DNA of 11,253 nucleotides from Candidatus Heimdallarchaeota archaeon (GTDB lineage Archaea; Asgardarchaeota; Heimdallarchaeia; Heimdallarchaeales; Heimdallarchaeaceae): NCBI GenBank assembly GCA_019057375.1, contig DXJF01000144.1, positions 1 to 11,253 of the forward strand, read 5' to 3'. Shown piece by piece: positions 6,788 to 11,253 of this stretch (position 1 is its first letter; each line of letters starts with the position of its first letter). The notes under the pieces were generated by a model. It saw only the letters and a program-made list of their open reading frames with translations, ran no database searches and was not told where the DNA came from. The position numbers and the translations under genes were made by a program.

Positions 6788-7585
6788 ATGGATAATAAAT
6801 TTATACTAATGGATGTCATTGATTCTCATTCCCACATCTCTTCAACACCAGACCACGTTTTAGAACTTTTAACTGAAATGAATAGGTTAGATATCTCAAA
6901 GGCGTGCATCAGTGGATTAGGGTCAATGTTTAACTCAGTATCTAATAAAGAAATACTTGAAATTGTTGAGAATTTTAAACCTCGTTTCATAGGTACGTAT
7001 TTTGTTCGACCAGGAGTTACCAATACTCTAGATATTCAAGATGCATATGAGCAGGGCTTCAGAATGCTTAAAACCATAATCCCAAAAAAACCCTATAGTG
7101 ATCAATCATTTTATCCACTTTGGGGTGCAGCTCAGAGATTAGGAATGCCTATCCTATTTCATACTGGTCTAGTAACTGTTTCAGAATCCTCTCCTAAAGA
7201 CATCATTCTCTCTTTAGATATGCATCCATTACAAATAGAACCAATTGCCAATTCCTTCCCTGATTTGAATATCATTTTAGCTCATTTTGGAGGACATTGG
7301 AATAAAGATGCTGCAGAACTTGCTCGAATGCGTCATAATGTTTATGTTGATTTAACAGATGTTTCAGAGGGATGGAGATCTAAACTGGATGAAGAAGGCT
7401 TTGAGAAATATCTGTGGTGGAAAAACGCTTTCCAAAATGTCGTTTTTGGTACCCATGTTTATCCTGATCAAATAAGTGAAGTTCTTAAAGAAGACAAGGA
7501 AAGATATTCAAAACTTAACCTTGATGAACAAACAAGAGAAATGATTTTCTCTGGTAACATTAAAGGAATGCTCAAATTACTTTAG
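6788..7585 (+). CDS. Amidohydrolase_2-family TIM-barrel metallohydrolase, 265 aa
   Basis: IDSHSH (HxH), PILFHTG, IILAHFGG, VYVDL, VVFGT(H) and the C-terminal IFSGN motif. Confidence 0.88.
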   Translation: MDNKFILMDVIDSHSHISSTPDHVLELLTEMNRLDISKACISGLGSMFNSVSNKEILEIVENFKPRFIGTYFVRPGVTNTLDIQDAYEQGFRMLKTIIPKKPYSDQSFYPLWGAAQRLGMPILFHTGLVTVSESSPKDIILSLDMHPLQIEPIANSFPDLNIILAHFGGHWNKDAAELARMRHNVYVDLTDVSEGWRSKLDEEGFEKYLWWKNAFQNVVFGTHVYPDQISEVLKEDKERYSKLNLDEQTREMIFSGNIKGMLKLL

Positions 7586-7588
7586 AAA

Positions 7589-8227
7589 TCATTCATCAAA
7601 TTTGTACCCACTCTTTTTCCAAGCTTCATACATTTCAGGATTCTTTTTGAGAAATTCATCTCTGATTTCTTTGGGTACTCTGTTAAGGACACAAGAGAAA
7701 TTGATACAATCTGTACAGACTTTCAATTGAATTACTAAATACCATAAAACTACTCCAAAAACAGTTAGTCCTAGAAAAACCCACTTCCCCTCGATTGCTA
7801 GAAACACAATAGGTATTGCAAATATTATGTTTGCCCCAATTAAGAACTGTATTTTCTCCCATGAATTTATAGGTCCAGGTTTGAATTTAGCAGTTTTAAA
7901 GAATCCATAATTAATTGAACAGTGTAATATTTTAGATTCTCCCTCTGCATAGTAAGGGCAATGAGCACAGAGTATTGGAGGTTCCCAGACTAAGAAAAAG
8001 AAGATTATATAACCAATCCAAACAAGAGTAGAGATCAGATTCAGTGGATAGTTTAAAAGAATAAGACCTACAAATGCTGGAATAAAACCAATAAAGAATG
8101 GAATTCCAAAAATAATTGAATATTTTTTATCAAGATGACAATGGAGTTTACCTTCTAGATTACAATCCTCACAACTCTCTTCATCTTCCCATACGCAAAT
8201 GCAATGAGGATTTTTCGAGCTCATCAT
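7589..8227 (-). CDS. Cys-rich 4-TM membrane protein of unknown function, about 212 aa
   Basis: Four hydrophobic segments and 11 Cys grouped in the N-terminus, the TM2-TM3 loop (CAHCPYY...C) and after TM4 (CTDCINFSC). The start could be ATG 8227 or 8224. Confidence 0.8.
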   Translation of the reverse strand: MMSSKNPHCICVWEDEESCEDCNLEGKLHCHLDKKYSIIFGIPFFIGFIPAFVGLILLNYPLNLISTLVWIGYIIFFFLVWEPPILCAHCPYYAEGESKILHCSINYGFFKTAKFKPGPINSWEKIQFLIGANIIFAIPIVFLAIEGKWVFLGLTVFGVVLWYLVIQLKVCTDCINFSCVLNRVPKEIRDEFLKKNPEMYEAWKKSGYKFDE

Positions 8228-8245
8228 ACTAAATTAATTACCTTA

Positions 8246-8260
8246 ACTATAAATTTTCTG
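8246..8260 (-). promoter_or_regulatory. Archaeal BRE-TATA promoter for 7589..8227
   Basis: Minus strand reads CAGAAAA-TTTATAGT, ending 18-21 nt before the tandem ATGs. Confidence 0.6.
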
Positions 8261-8433
8261 TAGAATCTTCAATAGGTTTTCTTAAATGATTAAGTGTTCA
8301 ATATTTTCCTATTAGTTATAACTTTCTTCTAATCAAAGAAGGCAATTTTATTCCAATTAATAATGTTTTTAAATGATTACTTGTTTCGTACATGTTTAGT
8401 CAATAATCAAACAAAGAGTGTGGAGTGAATGAA

Positions 8434-8571
8434 ATGTCGAAAGACGTAGAATCAAAAGAAGAAAAACCCAAGACTTGTAAACTCTGTATAATTTTTGGAA
8501 GTTTAATAATTTCTTTGGCAATAATAGGAGTTGCAGCAATTATTCAATGGATAGTAATTGCGGTGAAGTAA
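8434..8571 (+). CDS. Small single-pass membrane protein with CxxC, 45 aa (MSKDVESKEEKPKTCKLCIIFGSLIISLAIIGVAAIIQWIVIAVK); absent from the ORF track
   Basis: Translated by hand. GGAGTGA SD at 8422-8428 lies 5 nt before the ATG. Charged N-terminus, then CKLC, then ~26 hydrophobic residues. Stop is 21 nt before the next ATG. Confidence 0.75.
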   Translation: MSKDVESKEEKPKTCKLCIIFGSLIISLAIIGVAAIIQWIVIAVK

Positions 8572-8592
8572 TAAAGAAAATAGGTGAAAATT

Positions 8593-9498
8593 ATGTCAAT
8601 AGAAACACCATTTGAACGCTGTAGAAATACAAGAGAAGTACATAGATTAGAATGTATAGATGAGAGAGAAGGTAGACGGAGAGTTTGTGAAGATGAGAGA
8701 GAAGGAAGCTATGAAGCATGTGATAATTGGGCGAAAAAATATGAGTGCTGTGATTGGTGGCCTTGTAGCACGGTATGTGCTATTCTCGTCTGGTTTGGAA
8801 AATGGATCTGCAAAGCTTGGAGAACTGTTACTTATACCTTTTGTGTTTTATTTGCGTGGATTACCTATACCTTCTGTGTTGCTTGGGCTTGGGTGAAACA
8901 TATTATTTGTGTCGTTATTGCAATATTAATTTGTTTCCCCTCCTTATTCTCAGCAAACGAGAAATCATATGATATGGAAGAATGTATTTATGGATGGAAC
9001 GTAGCTTACAGAATAGAAGGAACCAAATGTAATTTAGAGATTACAGTAAGAATCAGACTAAATCCAGATGCAGGAGTAACTAATACTAATCTAAATGCTC
9101 AGAGTCAAATATGGGAAACAGCGATAGAATCAACTTGGTCTAATCAATTTCAACTACAAAGATCAGATGGAGAATGCAATTGTGTAAACTATACTGTATC
9201 TTTTAATGTCGAGTTTGTTAATTCTAATGAACATCACGTTGTACGAATTCGAACTGGTTCAGGAAGAGAAAATATGACAAATTGGTATATAACAACAACT
9301 GGTGGAACAGCATCCCATGAATTTGGACATATGATTGGTTTTCCTGATGAATATACTGCACCAGAGTGTCCTGACAGAAATGTAACTTCAGACAATAGTA
9401 TTATGCAGACTACAATTGGTGCCCCACGTGAAAGACACTATGAACCTTTTGCTGAATGGATATCAAACAGAACTTGTTGTAAATACGAGGTAACATAA
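8593..9498 (+). CDS. Cys-ladder membrane/secreted zinc metalloprotease (metzincin-type HExxHxxGxxD), 301 aa
   Basis: HEFGHMIGFPDEY at 9316-9354 and a Met-turn-like SIM (ATG 9403). The N-terminal ~120 aa carry 13 Cys. Four N-x-T sequons (NYT, NMT, NVT, NRT). The track's GTG 8584 lies inside the AGGTGA SD (8582-8587), so ATG 8593 is the likelier start. Confidence 0.85.
   Translation: MSIETPFERCRNTREVHRLECIDEREGRRRVCEDEREGSYEACDNWAKKYECCDWWPCSTVCAILVWFGKWICKAWRTVTYTFCVLFAWITYTFCVAWAWVKHIICVVIAILICFPSLFSANEKSYDMEECIYGWNVAYRIEGTKCNLEITVRIRLNPDAGVTNTNLNAQSQIWETAIESTWSNQFQLQRSDGECNCVNYTVSFNVEFVNSNEHHVVRIRTGSGRENMTNWYITTTGGTASHEFGHMIGFPDEYTAPECPDRNVTSDNSIMQTTIGAPRERHYEPFAEWISNRTCCKYEVT
8658..8880 (+). 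repeat. Two pairs of intragenic direct repeats with 33-bp offset
   Basis: AGATGAGAGAGAAGG occurs at 8658-8672 and 8691-8705 (15/15). TTACTTATACCTTTTGTGTT 8828-8847 vs TTACCTATACCTTCTGTGTT 8861-8880 (18/20). Confidence 0.9.
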
Positions 9499-9513
9499 TG
9501 AAGGTGAAGATAA

Positions 9514-9951
9514 ATGAATAAAGAAAACATTTCGGAATTAAATTTAGGAAATATAGAGAAATACAGAATTGTCATCAAAACAGGCTACGAAGCATTTGAT
9601 TATGGACTTACTCAAATTACTCTAAACGGAAGTGGAATTGCAGCAATTGAAAATACATTACATGGAAAGAAAAGTACGTTTTCAAGTAAGCTTTCAGAAA
9701 AAGAAGTAATTGAGTTATTTACTCAGAAAATTCTAATTGATATTTGGGAAATCAAATTCATAAAACGAAAAGGTATACCTGATGAGTCGCTTATAAAAAT
9801 GTCATTATTCTATGATGAAAAAGAGATCAAACATCTTGAAATATGGGAAGGTATTCTGGAAGAACATCCTGAAACAGGTTGGTTTATAATCTTACTAAGA
9901 GAAATTCTTGAACGCACTACTGAAAAATCTGAAAGACCAATTTATCTGTGA
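9514..9951 (+). CDS. Hypothetical protein, 145 aa; candidate protease inhibitor/immunity protein (possibly emfourin-like)
   Basis: AGGTGA SD at 9502-9507 and 15 nt from the protease stop. LSEKEVIELF and KGIPDESLIKMSL loosely recall the emfourin (protealysin inhibitor) G-x-P-D motif. Function is inferred. Confidence 0.7.
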   Translation: MNKENISELNLGNIEKYRIVIKTGYEAFDYGLTQITLNGSGIAAIENTLHGKKSTFSSKLSEKEVIELFTQKILIDIWEIKFIKRKGIPDESLIKMSLFYDEKEIKHLEIWEGILEEHPETGWFIILLREILERTTEKSERPIYL

Positions 9952-10048
9952 ATTTTGATTTATCAAAAAGAAACACAAAAAAATATTACTTTGATAAAAA
10001 TAAATTCACAAATTATCCTTTTTCTATTTTTGCATTTGGATAATTTGT
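9947..10048. terminator. Tandem inverted repeats between convergent genes; probable bidirectional termination region
   Basis: Stem 1 is 9947-9967 with 9990-10010 (18 of 21 pairs, A-rich loop). Stem 2 is ACAAATTATCC 10008-10018 with GGATAATTTGT 10038-10048 (11/11, T-rich loop). Confidence 0.6.
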
Positions 10049-10052
10049 TTTC

Positions 10053-10580
10053 TTAGATTATTATACTAATATTATCCCACACATAACCTACTAATGAAAA
10101 CTCCTCTTCTCCAAATTTGTCTATTTTCCTTTCTTTAGCAACTCCTCCAAGCTTTTCATAGAATTTACAAGCAGGATTTTCTTCTAAGATCCAAATAATC
10201 ATCGATTTAAAACCAAAGGATAACAGAAATTTGACAAGTTCCTTCAGAAGTAGTGTTCCAATTCCCTTTTGTTGATATTCCTTTATAATGTAAAAAGCAT
10301 ATCCTTCTGCATCATATGGATAATCCCCCTGAAATATATCTCCCCCGGCAGCAAAGCCAACAATTTCATCTGATTCAGTTTCTGCGACAATAACTATTCT
10401 AGAAATAATGTCTCCATGAAATCCTTTCCAATTTGTTTTCATAGACTCAATTCTGTTCTCTACTGTTCGACTATCAATGAGCTCATCCGGTAAGATTCCT
10501 CTATAGGTTGTATTCCATGAGCTAACTTGAACTTTGGCAATCTGCTCTATATCTGATCGTTTTGCTTGTCGGATAATCAT
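10053..10580 (-). CDS. GNAT-family N-acetyltransferase, 175 aa
   Basis: MIIRQAKRSDIEQIAKV...EIVGFA...motif A YQQKGIGTLLL...NPACKFYEKLGG. Confidence 0.92.
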   Translation of the reverse strand: MIIRQAKRSDIEQIAKVQVSSWNTTYRGILPDELIDSRTVENRIESMKTNWKGFHGDIISRIVIVAETESDEIVGFAAGGDIFQGDYPYDAEGYAFYIIKEYQQKGIGTLLLKELVKFLLSFGFKSMIIWILEENPACKFYEKLGGVAKERKIDKFGEEEFSLVGYVWDNISIII

Positions 10581-10637
10581 TAAATAAAGAAATTAGGAAA
10601 ATAATTTAAGAATTGTCAGTATACCGAAATCCCTACT

Positions 10638-10652
10638 AATAAACTTTTAAGA
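10638..10652 (+). promoter_or_regulatory. BRE/TATA promoter for the FAD oxidoreductase; a divergent TATA-like CTTAAATT at 10603-10610 (minus strand) may serve the GNAT
   Basis: AATAAAC-TTTTAAGA ends 20 nt before ATG 10673. The minus-strand box ends 22 nt before ATG 10580. Confidence 0.5.
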
Positions 10653-10672
10653 GTATTCAAGATTCTAAAAAT

Positions 10673-11253
10673 ATGGATTATGATGTTTTCATTGCGGGAG
10701 GAGGAATTGCTGGATCTACAGCTGCTAGATTTGCAGCAAAAGCAGGTCTGAAGACTCTTTTTATTGAAAGACACAAAACTCCCAGAAATAAACCTTGTTC
10801 AGGTATACAATTTGGATATTTCGAAAAAATGTTAGGTGTTGAAGTTCCTAGGGAAAGATTGTGCAACTATGAATTGAAAAAAATCAAAATGTACTTACCA
10901 AATGGCAAATCCTTTGGTTCTCCATTCAAAATGTTGAATTTTATGAGAAAGCCTTTTGATGATTGGTTAAATATAATTGCTCAAGAAGAGGGTGCGGAAT
11001 TTCAAGATGAATGTGTTTGTCAAAAAGTTGAAGAAAAAGAGGACCATAATATTGTCACTCTAGTTAGACCTAATGAGAAGAAAACGTTCGAAATCAAAGC
11101 AAAATATGTTTTAGATGCTACAGGTCTTAGACCTCGAATTAGGTCACAAATCAGACCACACAACACTTCTTCAGGGTTTGAAGGAGCTACTCTAAACTAC
11201 TACATAGATGGTGACTCTGATCTAGATCCTGAAACTCTTTACCAATTCTGGAA
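10673..11253 (+). CDS. Geranylgeranyl-reductase-family FAD-dependent oxidoreductase, 3'-truncated by the window edge; absent from the ORF track
   Basis: Hand translation, open to the end: MDYDVFIAGGGIAGSTAARFAAKAGLKTLFIERHKTPRNKPCSG...MRKPFDDWL...AKYVLDATG. Contains the Rossmann GxGxxG motif, KPC(S/G)G, RxxFDxWL and a DAxG motif. Confidence 0.92.
   Translation, partial: MDYDVFIAGGGIAGSTAARFAAKAGLKTLFIERHKTPRNKPCSGIQFGYFEKMLGVEVPRERLCNYELKKIKMYLPNGKSFGSPFKMLNFMRKPFDDWLNIIAQEEGAEFQDECVCQKVEEKEDHNIVTLVRPNEKKTFEIKAKYVLDATGLRPRIRSQIRPHNTSSGFEGATLNYYIDGDSDLDPETLYQFW

Noticed and set aside
6826-7023. 65-aa minus-strand ORF
   Set aside because: Lies entirely antisense within the well-supported amidohydrolase.
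8658-8880. CRISPR-like repeat array
   Set aside because: Only two copies of each repeat, in frame within a CDS at 33-bp period, with no spacer series and no cas genes.
8660-8972. Alternative-frame ORFs 8660..8896 and 8775..8972
   Set aside because: Nested in other frames of the protease gene and arising from its repetitive, TG-rich codons. No RBS or motif.
10678-10866. 62-aa minus-strand ORF
   Set aside because: Antisense to the FAD oxidoreductase starting at 10673, which has clear family motifs.
1-11253. rRNA or tRNA genes, or an integrase/prophage signature
   Set aside because: No intergenic stretch with a cloverleaf or rRNA-like composition and no recognisable phage or integrase genes were seen by eye.

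Overview
AT-rich archaeal DNA, most likely from an Asgard archaeon (inferred from AGGTGA ribosome-binding sites, BRE/TATA promoters, a eukaryote-type ubiquitin cluster, ATC-hydrolase-like paralogs and a geranylgeranyl-reductase-family gene). From left to right: the 3' part of a frameshifted TnpB with a candidate IS200/IS605 right end (1-840); a minus-strand ubiquitin-system operon of E2, Rpn11-like JAMM deubiquitinase and a ~6-TM membrane protein with a C-terminal RING (842-3249); a coiled-coil protein; two ATC-hydrolase/V4R-like paralogs flanking a GNAT; a small ORF and an amidohydrolase; a Cys-rich 4-TM protein; a plus-strand three-gene unit (a 45-aa CxxC-TM peptide missing from the ORF track, a metzincin-type protease carrying a symmetric 11-residue cysteine ladder, and a possible inhibitor); a GNAT; and the 5' part of an FAD-dependent oxidoreductase, also missing from the track. 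The two best candidates for undescribed systems are the membrane-anchored RING/E2/JAMM module and the cysteine-ladder protease unit. All family calls come from motif recognition by eye, with no database searches.
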